Positions 49,921-62,893 of a stretch of DNA of 64,000 bases are shown piece by piece. This DNA is from Tubulanus polymorphus (taxonomy: Eukaryota > Animalia > Nemertea), in the NCBI RefSeq assembly GCF_964204645.1, contig NC_134028.1, forward strand, positions 11,517,263-11,581,262. Reading direction: 5' to 3'. The translations under genes and the position numbers were made by a program. A model generated the notes under the pieces. That model saw only the letters and a program-made list of their open reading frames with translations, searched no databases and was not told the origin of the DNA. Within the stretch, counting starts at the first letter, position 1. Each line of letters opens with the position of its first letter.

Positions 49921-51097
49921 TGATGTAATTAGTATTTATTTGTATCTCTATTGCAATATGGCAGCACCTCTCAAACATAGTGAAATATTAGTAAATAACG
50001 ATATACGCACTATAGTGGTATTCCCGTTATTCAACACACTAGGGTGGAATTTTTCAAATTATCAGTAAACGATAGAGGGATGCAATTTGTAATATATGAG
50101 TAGATTCATTCGCGGTTTGAAAATTAAACCGTAGTAGCTACATAGGCGTGTTGCGAGTCCAACGACAGAGCTGCGACAGATTCTATAATTTCGCAGTCGA
50201 GTTGGACCGATTCCATCGCGTCATCGTGTCTGAAGACTACCGCAGCCGCAGCTGGCAATCAGAGCGTCATGACGATAGGCATCCATAATGCTCGTAATCC
50301 CCACACAATGCCCATGCAAAGACAGGATCGCTGCAGATGAGCCGTGTCGAGCCAAAGAATAAAGATTAGTTATATCCTAAACAATACTAGTTCACCTGTT
50401 CGTTGTTTTCTATATGCAAATAAGACACGTATAGCGTAAAATTCATCCAAATATTCATACGCACGTTTTATTCACCAAAATAAGCACTGGTGCACCATAA
50501 ATAAATTTTAAAATATTTTCATATTAATATTTCTATTTTCATACAATATAGATTTAGAATACAAGTATGGCAAGGAAAATGTGTTACTCAACAGACTATC
50601 GACAGGACTCCGTAGCAGGTGCGCGTAGCTCTGATTAGTTGTTGCGAACCCCATTTATGAGGAATCTCCAGAAGCCGTCCGTTGCAACGCAATACGTCTG
50701 CAGTAAATGAATAAAAGAATGCCACACTGCTATACAACTCGGCGACAATTTTGGTCTAACTGTAAAGATTAAAGGCTATCAAGGGCTTCGTCTTACCACT
50801 AACTTCCAACAAATTGAAAGACTCCCACTGACTTTCCTAGCCAAAAAATCGGAAATCTATTTGACCTCATTCTTTACTCGCGAGTGCCGTAGGTGGGAAG
50901 CCATTGCCAGGGTTTGGGCGTCCTCCCCCACGAAAATGTTTTATACTTGAGGCAATTTCTGGGCAAATTGGTATTGTATAGACACGTATGAATCCTATCG
51001 TTTAAACCACATTGTTCCACTATTTTCTTATTCATATCGTCAGCACGTGGCTGCCTACAATACTGTAGTAGCAGCTCACTAAACTTGACATGCGTCA

Positions 51098-51590
51098 GTG
51101 ATCATGTCAGATGACAGGAAACACGATTATTGCGAGGTAAATCATTTCATTGAAAAATCATTCTAGCAAATTACCAAACAAATGAAAATGGAGAAATTTA
51201 TTGTATTGTTGTATTTATTGTTCTGATGGCTGTTGCGCCCAATATAAGGGAAAAGGCACATTTGCTGATCCGTCATTAACCAATATACCAATGGAGCGAC
51301 ATTATTTTCGAACATGGAAAGGGGAGGGGGATGATTTAATTGAGGTCAAAAATAGAAGTTTTGCACAATTGTTCAGGTTTTTTTTCAAAAATGCATGGGA
51401 TATGTATACATATTGCCAGCAAAATCCCTATACCAATGTCCACACCATAAAAGGATGCCGCCAGCGACATGCTATTATCAAAGGTCCGGCTCCCTATACT
51501 ATATGTGCACATGATTAGTTGTTTCTGTGATGTCGTTTGCGAGCAAAACAGGGGTCATGTTTGAATAAAGAATATGTTGGTGAGCTTAAG
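51098..51590 (+). pseudogene. Degraded DDE transposase, Sola2-like
   Basis: Across frameshifts: MSDDRKHDYCEVNHF, CSDGCCAQYKGK, RHYF..HGKGEGD, TIKGCRQRHAI, SCFCDV..CLNKEYVG. These motifs are as I recall them from Sola2 transposases. Confidence 0.65.
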
Positions 51591-52944
51591 TCCGAAAATT
51601 TATACACACGACTCAGAACTATCTGAAAATGAAGAGGGCGATCATGGAGACACAAAAAAACTGACGAAATTATACTAGTTGTCCGAAGAATGACGAAAAT
51701 TCCTGTACAGCGTCAGAAAACTAAGTCACCCCACTACCTGACGATCTTCAGGGCATATAGATCGATGAACTGAGTGAAAGAGAAGTGATAAAAATAATCA
51801 ATGTTAGTGTAAGCAAAATGTTTATTCATTAAGATAGATATTTTGCCTGCTCAGGTGGTCACTCTGCCGTTATCAAATCTGCAATGAAAATGAAACATGT
51901 CGATGAAAATTATATTTTCAGATAAGTGTTTTGCGAGGGAAGAGTCCTTGCGATAAGTGACTTATTGATTGATATGAAATTCATGTACAGAACGAATGTA
52001 TATGATATTTTCAGTTCGCTGTACGTTTCAATAAAGGATACGATGATTTGTTAAAAGCTTTTCCGATGTTCAGGCCCCTAGTTGTCAATGTCCAGAGTCA
52101 AAGATGACCAGAGTTGAATTGATCAAAGGACAATGAGAGCTTAACCAAATTGCGAAATTTAGAAATGCAACACAAAACACACAAACTAAACGAATTAAGT
52201 CAAACTGGGGGATCGTAAGTTAAGACAATAATGATATAAAGTTTAATCAAAATACAATGAGCTTAACAAGACAATAGTGAATATTAAAGTTTAATCAAAG
52301 GACAAGAGCGTAGAGAAATTTAGAACTTGAAGAGTATATATTCACGCCATCTCAAGTTAAGAAATGTCACCCTATAGGATGGACAAACAATAACTGTGAG
52401 ACTATAAACAGTACAATCAAACTAGCAACTAACTGGAAGATTCTGAAGATCCCCGATTTGATAGAACAGCTTTACACAAATTAGTAAAAATCCAGCATAT
52501 CGATGTCCGTCGTGTCCTTCACCATCAAGGAAATTATGAAGTTGTTCCATCTTTACAAAGATATACTATTTCCCATGTAATGTGGATGCAGAAAAGCAAC
52601 AAAGACAAGGAAACCATATACAATAAGTTCATGAACCTTAAAACGAAAAAGAAATCTATTAAAACTATTACATCAACTGATGGGAAATTGACAATTCCAA
52701 AAACAGCCAAAGTCGCTGGAAAACCAGAACAAAGAAAAAGGACAAACAATGCGAAAAACCTTCTCCTAAACGGCAAAAAGTTAACGAGGACTCGTAATAT
52801 GATTGTCAATGATTTAAAACCAATTTAGTATGGTAAAACTACTATTTTTGGTGCCTGAAGTACACTGCAACAGTGGAAAGCAGGCTTTAAAGGTCAGCCT
52901 CATCAGGCACCAAAAACATTTTTTATTATACCGTTGGAAACATA

Positions 52945-53598
52945 CCGTATTTTCCGGTGTATGAGTTGAGTTTTTGAGACCAAAAATCATGTCCAAAAAC
53001 GTAGGTCGACTTATACACCGGCTACACTTTCGATATGGTTTTAAACTGACGATGTTTAGAGTTCAAGGTAGCCATGATGAAATGGAATATTAATTTATGT
53101 TAGGCTACACTCATATACCAATTAGAATTTAGGATGTTGATAAAGATAGTTCCTTATAGTTTGGAAATGTTTCAAAATTAACTAATGTTAAAAATCAAAA
53201 GAGAAAGTAAACCGCGTATATTCATTGTACAGTGTTTATATAAGCCGCGATGCTGTGGCAGCGTGCCAATAATCAATACACAGTCAGTCTAATAATAGAC
53301 TACAGGCGCGCGGCATTCAACGTATACACTATACATTCAACACGTGGATACAAACAATGAGCACTAATCCGGTAATTTAATATTAGAAACAACAGATCCC
53401 AATGATTTAATAATGCAATTAGTGGTAAAGACACTCAACTACTGAGAATGACATCGGCACTGTTTTCAATGTGACATATGTAAACTTATGAAGAAGCGAC
53501 TCGACTTATACACCGACTATAGCCCTACCACAACTTTTTAAACTGAAAATTTGACCTCGACTTATACACCGGGTCGACTTGTACACCGGAAAATACGG
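52945..53598. mobile_element. pogo/Tc2-like MITE, intact copy
   Basis: TA|CCGTATTTTCCGGTGTA ... TACACCGGAAAATACGG|TA. Confidence 0.9.
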
Positions 53599-53600
53599 TA

Positions 53601-53960
53601 TATAGTAATAAAATAAATATGATAGAATATGATAGAAATGTATAGATAATAATATGAATATTATGATAAGAAAATAATTGTTATTGATGAGAATGTATTG
53701 TAATAAAATGAAGTATCCTTGAAATACATGTAGTAATGAAATAAATATATAATGGTAGAATATGAGAGATGTATGAAATATCCTTGAAGTAAATATATAA
53801 TGATAGAATATGATAGAAATGTAAAAATAATTATAATGTGAATGTTATAATGATAAGAAAACAATTTTCGTTATTGATGAGAATGTATTGAAATAATATT
53901 AATAATGATGTGAATAATATTATTATGATAAGAAAATAATCTTTATTGTCTATTGAACTT
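53601..53960. repeat. AT-rich degenerate tandem / low-complexity tract
   Basis: Recurring atgatagaatatgatagaaatgta and tgataagaaaaYaatt...ttattgatgagaatgtattg. Confidence 0.7.
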
Positions 53961-55262
53961 GAAAAAATTTTAATATTTCATCGTCATGTATAGAAATAAT
54001 AAGCTTATTAATAAAATGTCTTAAAACATTATTGTCTTCATTTATTTTCGATTGGAGCTCCAGCCAGTTTCCAGTCGGTTTCCAGTCGGCTCTGGTCAGT
54101 TCCAGTTGGCTCCAGTCGGTATTTAGTAGGAGCCATATATATAAACCAGAAAGAAACTTTCCATGACAGGTTTACGCGAACTTGAAAAGTGAATGGAAAT
54201 AACTGTGTTGATGCGATGCATGTTTAATCCATACTATCAAGGTAAAACGTCAGATACTTACCATGGCCACTGGATACAGTCTGCTCTAGGCACAATCACC
54301 AAGAACACATGACAAGCCAAATAAATTGGCCATGCAGTACATGGGGTACAAGCTTCACATCCGTGATTCAATACGTGTGTTTTGAAGCTATTCACAGACT
54401 GAACCTTAAGGCCAACTGTTAGCTGTACCCAGAGGGCCTATAGCTAGTCTAATGATTGACCAAGTGGAGCAGCAAAACAATACTCACCAGCGGAAGAACA
54501 ACAGCTCTTGAGTGGTATCTAGCAAGATTGATTGTGGTAATTTTAGAGTTGACAAATGTTCATAATTTTGATCCCATGAGACAATGACATAAAACAACTA
54601 AACCTTTAGCAGACACTTACAATTCAGGACAGGAACAAAATCAGAAGCAGCAGTGTAAGTTTCAAATTCAGGGCAGAACATATTAAACCAGGCCAGCCTG
54701 TTACTGTCACGTTAATTAACTGAATGTGACTTTCAATAGTTTCATGAGCCTAAGCTTAAAAGAAACATCCAAATGTGTCTACACGTCTTTGCTTGACAAT
54801 TTCGAAATTTCAAGCATCCGTTGATGCATGTCTGTGTACGTGGTAAAAAAGCTAATCTGCTCCATGGGAAGCGTTATAATTGATACATTAACGGTAACAA
54901 GATATTGCTGACAATGCTATCGACATGAGTGCACTAAGTTATATCATCACTGTGTTAAACTACTAAAATACAGATAATCATGCTCCAAAAACGATCACTA
55001 ACGTATCGACATGAGTGCACTAAGTTATATCATCACTGTGTTAAACTACTAAAATACAGATAATCATGCTCCAAATTCATTATTTATTTCAGCTCCCCTC
55101 CATATAAATGATCGCGCACCTGCCACGTGCATTTTTACGTTTTCTGAATGAATTATGTAAATAGATAAATGTAGTAAATAAACTGAAATGTTCCCATTGG
55201 TCTTCGCTGGTCATGTGATTTGTGTATTCCTACACCGATCTCATTCATGTGATTTGATTGTG

Positions 55263-58200
55263 ATGCAAATGGCGGAGGTGAAAGGCAATTCCGTTCAACT
55301 GTTTACCTTTAATTCATGGGATAAAGTCCCTCCATGTATCATACCAAAGGTCGAGACGATAAACAACAAACCATGGGTCGTACAGGTTAGTATTTTAAAT
55401 CAATAAATCACCGAGTAAACGTATTGTTTTCATTAACCGGCGATAGTTTACTCAGCATACATGGCCGACGCTCGGAGACATTGCAATGATGCCATCACCT
55501 ATTCATTAGCATAACAAAACAATGTAGGTGGCGCCACGTTACGGGCCGCGAAAGCAATAAATAAATTATGGCCGAATGAAAACACAAACAAATTTACGCC
55601 AATTCATAATTTATTTACCGGACAAATTGATGCATAATATGGACAGATAAATTGAATATTAATAGTTCTTAATATTTTTTGTTACGGAAAAACGGAGGCT
55701 TGATATAACATGTTTAGATGATGTTTTGAATTTTGTCTAGCCTATTAGTATTACTGGATGTTTTTGATTATTTTCATCGACGATAATAAATACACATGTG
55801 CTAAAAACCCAGGCAGACAACAATTTGAATTTCCAGTTCAATAATGTCAAAAATTCCCTGGCTAGAACTAGGAGAAAAATAAATGCTGCTAATATTAAAT
55901 GTAGAACATTAATTGGTCTAGACTTGTGTGGCTTACAAAGCTGATTTATTTTTTAGGCATTACCTAGTAGAGATTATGGCCAAAAATATTAAGTTTATTT
56001 CTATCTTATACACTGTATTTTCAGGTGTACTGCTCACTGTGTGCCAAATATGTAGACGCCATCAAAAGAGATCAGCGAATCAAAGGGAAAGCTCTAAAAG
56101 AAATTGACCGGTATGTTGTTGGCACAAATTATGTCACCAAACACAATGTGGAGAGGCATGTGGACTTAACTGCACACAAGGTTGGACTAGATATCCAGAC
56201 TCTTACTCCAGGTCGAGTGCCTTCTAATGAACCCTCCTCAGCATCTAGTACTGCTACTAGCAATACGGTTTCCAGCACAAAGCCAGCTGCGACTCAACCA
56301 AAGATTGATACGGCTTTACAGGCTGCAGGCATGGATGCCCATGAAAAATTACTTAAAACTGCTTACCTTATGGCATGTGGTGGTGCCCCACTGTGTCACT
56401 TTGGCACATTTGTTCAAGTGCAAAAGGTAAATGGTGTACCTCTTATATCTGGATCCCAGGATGGCAAGTCTTGTAATGAATATATTAGATGTATAGCCGA
56501 CACAATCAGAGAAAAACTTTGCGGTATCATTGTATCAGCTGGGTCATTTAGTGTCCTTACAGATGGTTCACAAGCAAGAAAAACCGGTGCTGAGAAGGAG
56601 CTTGTGCTTGCAAGAGTTGTCAAGTCTGGCATGCCGATTTATTATTGTTTAGCTTTGCAAGATTGTGAAGAATTTGGTGGTGCCGATGCTGCCAGTTTAA
56701 AAGACTGTGTTGATAATGTTTTTCTTGAAAAACTTGGAATGAAAAAAAATGATTATACTGAATTAATGGTATGTGCCTGTAGTGATGGAGCAAGTGTAAA
56801 CACAGGTATTTACAACGGGTTGCTCACAAAATTAAAAAAAGAAGGTAGAGCCTGGCTGGTTACTATGCATTGCGTTAATCACTGTGCAGAGCTGGCCCTA
56901 GGGGATTCTCTGAAAAAAGATAAAACTTTTTCAGAATTAGATGATTTGATGCTAACATTGTATTATTTATTCAAGAGATCTGGAAAATTAAAGCGTAGAT
57001 TAGCAAGTATTGCTAAAGCACAGGAAACTAGTTCGTATGTTATCCCCAAAGTCCATGGTACTAGATTCGTCAGTCACAAGAGGCGGGGATTTTCTGCTTT
57101 GATCCACAATTGGGGTTTACTGATACTTATGATAGAAAATGGGTTAGCGCATCCTGATGATTCGTTCAAAAAGTTAGAAGCCAAAATGCGCGGAGTTCTG
57201 AAAAAGTTGAAAAACTTGAAGTTACTAGGTTCAGCATGCTTTTTCAAAGCCTTGCTAGATAATCTCTCTGAATTTTCAATGAATCTAGAGAAAAGCAAAA
57301 TCTCAGTGTTCAAAGTTCCACTTTATCTTGACTTTGTAACTGGAAATGATGAGCATGTATTTCTTAGATGCTTTTAATATAGAATGTAATACTGATGATG
57401 ATGAGAACTGATCAGTTACTTGAAAGGTTCTGAAACCTGGCCATGCTCACAGAGCTGTCCAAAACCAAGACTACTCGTATGTCCAGGTAACTGGCTTCCA
57501 GTCATCTCTAGATAATATAGAATCTCAGATATGTACCCTCAAAACAAAGGTTTTGCCAGTAGTAGAGACAGCATTGAAAGCAAGATTTCAGTCATTTGAT
57601 AGCCAGCTCTTTCAAGATATGCTCTGGTTGGATCCAGCCAACTGGGATGACACTCAACAAGAAATTGAAACAATCAAAAACACAGCCAGGATATTTTCTG
57701 ATTTTCTGTGACACTCCAGAGGGCTGGATTTGACCCAAGCAAAATCGAGAAAGAATGGCCCAAATTGAAGAAAACAAGGAATTTCTTTTTCTCCAAATTA
57801 AATGCTATAAGCTTATGGGCCAAAATTTTCCAAATATCTGTATGGTTGCAAATATCGTGCTGACAATTTCACCGAGTAATAGTTTCGTTGAAAAGTGTTT
57901 CAGCCAGCTTACTGCGTTGTTGTCAGACCTGCGCCTTAGCATGAAGGCAGATACTATGGAAAACCTAATGGTTATTAAGTGTAATGATGCTTGCTGGACT
58001 GTAGAAGAGAAGGATGATATAATAGAACTTGCCCTTGAAAAATACATGTCTAAAAAGCGAAGAATTCTGAGAGTGGACAATGATATTAATGTAAATTTCA
58101 GTACAATTACTTCACCCGAGTATAAAAGAAAGAGGAAGACAAATCCAACAAACACAGAAACAGCATCAACAAGCACTGCCCCTGCCACAGAGTCTGAAAG

Positions 58201-58340
58201 TGCAGAGGACAATTCTGATTCTGATTCCTCTGGCACCAATGAATCTTATCTTTCAGATTCTGGTTCTGATTACACTAGTGCCATCCAAAGAATATTAGCC
58301 GAGACTAGTGAATCAGAAGCAGAATTTGAAGGATTTTGGA
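55263..58340 (+). pseudogene. hAT-superfamily transposase (ZNF862-like), one intron, frameshifted 3' half
   Basis: Exon 1 55263/55269-55385, phase-0 GT-AG intron 55386-56024, exon 2 from 56025: zinc-finger CSLC...H...H, SVLTDGS, ACSDGAS, HCVNH, then ARFQSF...WLDPANW in another frame and the hATC dimerisation motif FPNI...ISPSNSFVEKCFSQL. TIRs not found. Confidence 0.85.
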
Positions 58341-58455
58341 GTGTAGTGATGATTCAACCGTTACAACAAACTCGGATACAACGATTTATCTGATATAACA
58401 AATGTAGATAGTTTGCTGTAACGAGGTTTCACTGTATATAGAACCTATACCTATA

Positions 58456-58663
58456 CAGAGCTGCCAACTGTTACTGATTTTCAGAATTTGATACTATTTT
58501 ATAACGAGAAATACTGATTTGTTTGATTTGAACAGAAATATGAAAGGTGTTACTGGGGGTCTAACTGTTGATTACTGATAAAATGAACATTTTCTTTCAT
58601 ATGTCAATGAAACGTTACTGAAAAAAATTTCGATTTGTTACTTTTCAGAGGTTGGCAGCTCTG
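58456..58663. mobile_element. MITE with 13-bp TIR and 6-bp TSD (hAT-like)
   Basis: CCTATA|CAGAGCTGCCAAC ... GTTGGCAGCTCTG|CCTATA; internal ttactga repeats. Confidence 0.8.
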
Positions 58664-58708
58664 CCTATACTGTTTGGAATTGTATTTCTTGGATACCTGT
58701 ATTATATA

Positions 58709-58910
58709 TAGAATAAATAACGAGACGAGTAGTACTATATAGGTTAACTATTCATTTGATGCACGAGGCTTCATCAGGTGAATGACTCATTCACCTGATG
58801 AAGCTTCAGTACATAAGAAGCGAAATCTCCTGCATCATGAAAAGTAAACCTATATAGTACTACTCGTCTCGCTATTTATTCTAAACCCGGTAAAGCTACT
58901 CCTCGAATCT
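58709..58910 (+). other. Fold-back containing a hammerhead-like core, probable PLE pLTR relic
   Basis: Inverted arms span 58709-58883. CTGATGA-A-GCTTC-agtacataa-GAAGC-GAAA at 58795-58825; stems I and III are unclear. A related sequence lies at 63553-63612. Confidence 0.55.
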
Positions 58911-59443
58911 TCTCGAATGTAGTACATGATGATGATGGATACTCAAAAGAATTGTGTAGTAATGGAAATTTGTGTAAGAGCATTTATTAAAAGATGGATT
59001 TCATTCTAATTTAATGGCTTATGTGTTTTTTACATAGGATATTACGATAGATATAAAAACCACTCGCCTTGGACAAAATTTTCATTTTTAGGGGAGTGAT
59101 TAAGCACTCCCCCGTGGTTTTTTTCCCGGCAAGGCCTGACACTACCTGGTGCGCTGATATTATTTCAGTGTTCGAATGAAAGGTTTTTTTTAACATAATA
59201 AACTTTATCAAAATGCCTTGTTTGTTTCATAGAATATGTTATAAAACTTCGACTTCATCATCAATTATTTCTTGCGACTTTTGAAGATCCTACTCCGTAA
59301 AGTCGAGGTCAATGAGTGATATAATGAGGGCTGAAATAGCTTGCAAAATAATTTACACAGGTTTTTACAGTAAAGAGAACAACCGTCTGACACTGCAATG
59401 GATGATTGTACATTGATCCAACCTTAAATTCCGCAAGTTCTAA

Positions 59444-60800
59444 CTAGGGGTCCAGGGATACCATGCCCACTTGGGAAGTGGTTTCAAATGCTCAACAATC
59501 TAACAATCTAACAATAGAGCATGTCAGCAGCTACATTTTTGTAATTGATTGTGGTAACAAAATATGCTTCGTTACCAATTTAATATTGAAATATTAAGTT
59601 ATTCTACTATTAAACGCCACTGGTGACCATATAAAAAACCCAATGTCCTTGAAACTCACCACAATCATTGAACATGTCATGAGCTACAACTTTGCAACTG
59701 CTCATGGTAACAAAATATGCCTAGGTAACAATATAATAAGGAAATACTAATAATAATACTTATTCTACTATTCAACGCCCCCTAGTGGCCATAAAACATT
59801 ATCAACATAATAACGAAACCAAGCTTTGGGAGGGATATCTGTATACAAGTGCAAAATTTCAGTTTCATTATGCTCAAAAATAAGTTAGCTAGGATAGGAG
59901 GGAGGGGATTACCCATAGCAAATCCAATAATCAGAAATTACCTTTGAAATGAAAACGAATAACCCCAAAGTGCTGTGGCTACCCATGAGATACTAATGAT
60001 CACCAATTTGATTTTAATAATTCTCGTATAATTTTTCCGTCCAACAGTATTACCTGACGTCACATAGTTGAGTCAGCTTTGATAAATTTCTATTCAAACG
60101 CATGTGACAACGGTGACCTTGGTTTCTCCCCCCAAAATAAACTTTTGTCCAAATACCTTTCCTCTCTGATCAAATCTAGTTTAATGTGCAATAGTGTGTG
60201 TCCTTCCTGTTTCATATATTTACTGCGATATGCCATACCTGTAGTCAATTCTTGAAAAAGGTATTTGAAAAAGGCTGAAAATTCGCGTTTTTAATAAATT
60301 TTAATAGTTTCAATCTGAAAAAAACTTTTTCAATCTTGTGATTGTGGGATTTATATTCTATTCATCTCTTGTGACTCATTGCGTAGTTTTACTGCATTAG
60401 CTTCAATCCTGTCAATAAGAAACATCCACAGACAGACAGACAGACTGACAGACAGACAGAGAGACAGACATCATGACGAAATGCATCAAAAACTATAGAG
60501 CTCATCCTCCTTACACCTAAAACTTAAGTACAAACAATACCCCTCGCGTCCTATAACCGAGGGGTAAAAATGTCGACATATGCCATTTCTACCTGAAAGT
60601 AGGTCATAATTTGGCCATCTTATATCATATAGAATTCCCCAAAACAAAAGGGTTCCTCTTCATGCTATCATACACATACCACCAAAATTTTATGAAATTA
60701 TCTAAAACCGTTTTTGGAGTTATCGCCTACAGGGAGCGTTCACGTGGATGCGCCACTGCGAAAATCAATATATCTCCTGCAACCTCATCCAGGGGATATA
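59444..60800. mobile_element. Cluster of nested or adjacent HINE-type elements
   Basis: Family A start CTAGGGGTCC at 59444 with ~155-bp units; (GACA)n at 60428-60470 and hairpin tacccctcg...cgaggggta at ~60538-60567; a further hairpin end atatctcctg...caggggatat at ~60770-60799. Confidence 0.7.
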
Positions 60801-61263
60801 ATAATGTATAACTCCCCAGTGTGCATATCTATCTATCAAAATTCACAGGATATCTAATACTATAAATTACCTTTGTTACGCAATGTTATCAGTAGGCCTA
60901 CATCTCCGAGTGACTTCCAGATTGGGTTGGTCTTGAATTGCATTGATGGGAAGATGGCGGATTAATTTGTTGGCAATTTATCATTCAATGAAATGTAGCA
61001 TGTATCTGAGAAAAAGTCATTGAACTCGGAATTCATTTGATATAATAATCAACATTCTATTATTAAAATCCAATAAAAACCTTTTGATAAAATATTGTTT
61101 GTTGTTTTGGTGTAATGACACTGGAATTGCACTGGACATCAACATAGACTGGTTGCTTACCTTCAACCAGGTAAGAATCCCACAATAAATGCTGAATAAA
61201 ATCAACTCATATTTATCACTTCCTTTGTTCGAAGTCATTTAGACCTGATGAGTAAGCCATTAA

Positions 61264-61476
61264 TTAGGGTTTTCTGACCCACATACTACAATAGGAGCAT
61301 ACTGCCCATAAGAGCTATCAAATTTTTTCAGGATCAGATGATCACATTTACATAGTGGCGCAATTCACCACATCAAGTTTCGAATGCCAACAATGCAACA
61401 TTTTATTTTCTACAATAATTCCCTTAATAAATGCATGGCATGGTGGTGCAGAAAACCTGTTATTGCAGCTATACTT
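61264..61476 (+). mobile_element. Short Helentron-type element, same ends as 33565-40169
   Basis: ttAGGGTTTTCTG ... CAGAAAACCtgttattgcagctatactt. A further 3'-end relic lies on the minus strand at ~15011-15045. Confidence 0.65.
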
Positions 61477-62030
61477 AAAATTTATTTCATATTAGGAGGA
61501 ATTTTCATAAATATTGCAAAGATTAAAGAACCAACTGCACTAGCATTCAAATTTTGAAAGTGGCTCTATTACCATTTAGCCCTCAGACCATACTATCAAT
61601 ATACCAAGCTTTGTTAAGATCGGATAAAGATTGTAGGACTAGTAGCGATCTAAAGATTTTACAAGTGCCACCTGTACAGCGCCTGCTAGAGGTCAAATTT
61701 GGAAAATGGCTCCATAACTTTTTGGCTCGTAGTATCTATATACCAAGTTTTGCCATGAACGGATAATAATTGTAGGACATATAGCAATTTACAGATTTTA
61801 TAAGTGTGACCTGAACAGCATCCCCTAAAGGTCGAATTGCGAAAACGGCTCTACAAGTATTTAGCACTTAGCCCATATTAGCTTCATACCAAGTTCGGTC
61901 CAGGTCGGAAAAGAACTGTAGTACTAGAAGCAACCTGTAGCAAGAATTGACTGATGTATGAACCGACATCGACGGATAATCCTCTAACCCATTAGCAAAA
62001 CATATAAAATTATATATACATACAACTTAC

Positions 62031-62255
62031 TCAGCATTCAAAGCCTTACGTTTACTAGGTATTTCGAAGTCAATGTCATGGAATGATCGCTTGCGACTAG
62101 ACGATGGAGTAGGAATCTTCCCTCGATTTTTAAACACATAATACGGTGTTATCTTGTAATCCTTACTCTCCATGTTCAAACCCATAACTGAAGAAATAAT
62201 GCAGTGTTTAACATTAACATCCCAGGAAGTACACATAAAAAGCACATCATGTCAC
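62031..62255 (-). CDS. Candidate first coding exon of an unidentified host gene
   Basis: Acceptor ttacag, donor gtaagt (phase 2). An in-frame stop at the exon start implies an internal ATG (62236, 62185 or 62173): MESKDYKITPYYVFKNRGKIPTPSSSRKRSFHDIDFEIPSKRKALNA(E). Confidence 0.45.
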
Positions 62256-62323
62256 CTGTAATGCTTGAAAATCTAATAATACTTAAATCATAACCCCCTT
62301 CTTAATTTAGATGGCTTCCTCAA

Positions 62324-62893
62324 TGCAGCCGTCAATGAATTGGCTTAACCCCCCCAGCTCATCCACTTAATTTCTATTTCAATTTAGATGGGTGGTCCAT
62401 TCAACTGTGGTTCAAATTTCCCTTTACCTTTCCCGAGATATCCATTCGATCATCAATCTATATGACAATTCTGATGACTGCGGAACACTCAACTTTCACT
62501 CAACTACCTTAGTCTCTGCCTAAACGGGTACTGGTCTATTTGGGTAATATGTTCAAAAGAGTAAAATGAAAGTAACATTTCAGTTTGCTACATAGATTTT
62601 TATGCCAATTTAACACGGCTGAATGTTGAGACTACGGCCATTTGAGACACACATGCGATAATGTTGTGTTCGCATCCCAAGTTTTATGAAAAAATATTTC
62701 AGTTTGGGATTCGACTGTGTTTCGAATTTCATTATATGAAACTACCATCCACTCGAAAAAAGATCAAAATTCTTTCCCTGTGCATTCGTTAGAAAATCGA
62801 TTTTCACATATTTTCATGCTGCCAGGACTCAACATCGAACGGACATCGATTGGATGAGCTGGGGTGGGTAAATCCATTTCATTGACGGCTGCA
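62324..62893. mobile_element. MITE with ~42-bp TIRs (possibly PIF/Harbinger)
   Basis: TGCAGCCGTCAATGAAttggcttaacccccccagctcatcca / tggatgagctggggtgggtaaatccatTTCATTGACGGCTGCA; flanks caa/taa. Confidence 0.7.

Noticed and set aside
54262-54518. Two exon-like segments on the minus strand with gtaagt/gtgagt donors
   Set aside because: Joining them to the 45696 exon creates TGA and the peptide is unconvincing; could be non-coding or chance.
57074-58239. Minus-strand ORFs 57074, 57592 and 57805
   Set aside because: Antisense shadows of the hAT transposase frame.
54669-59170. Possible TIRs of the hAT element (cagggcagaac... near 54669)
   Set aside because: No matching inverted partner or TSD found downstream.
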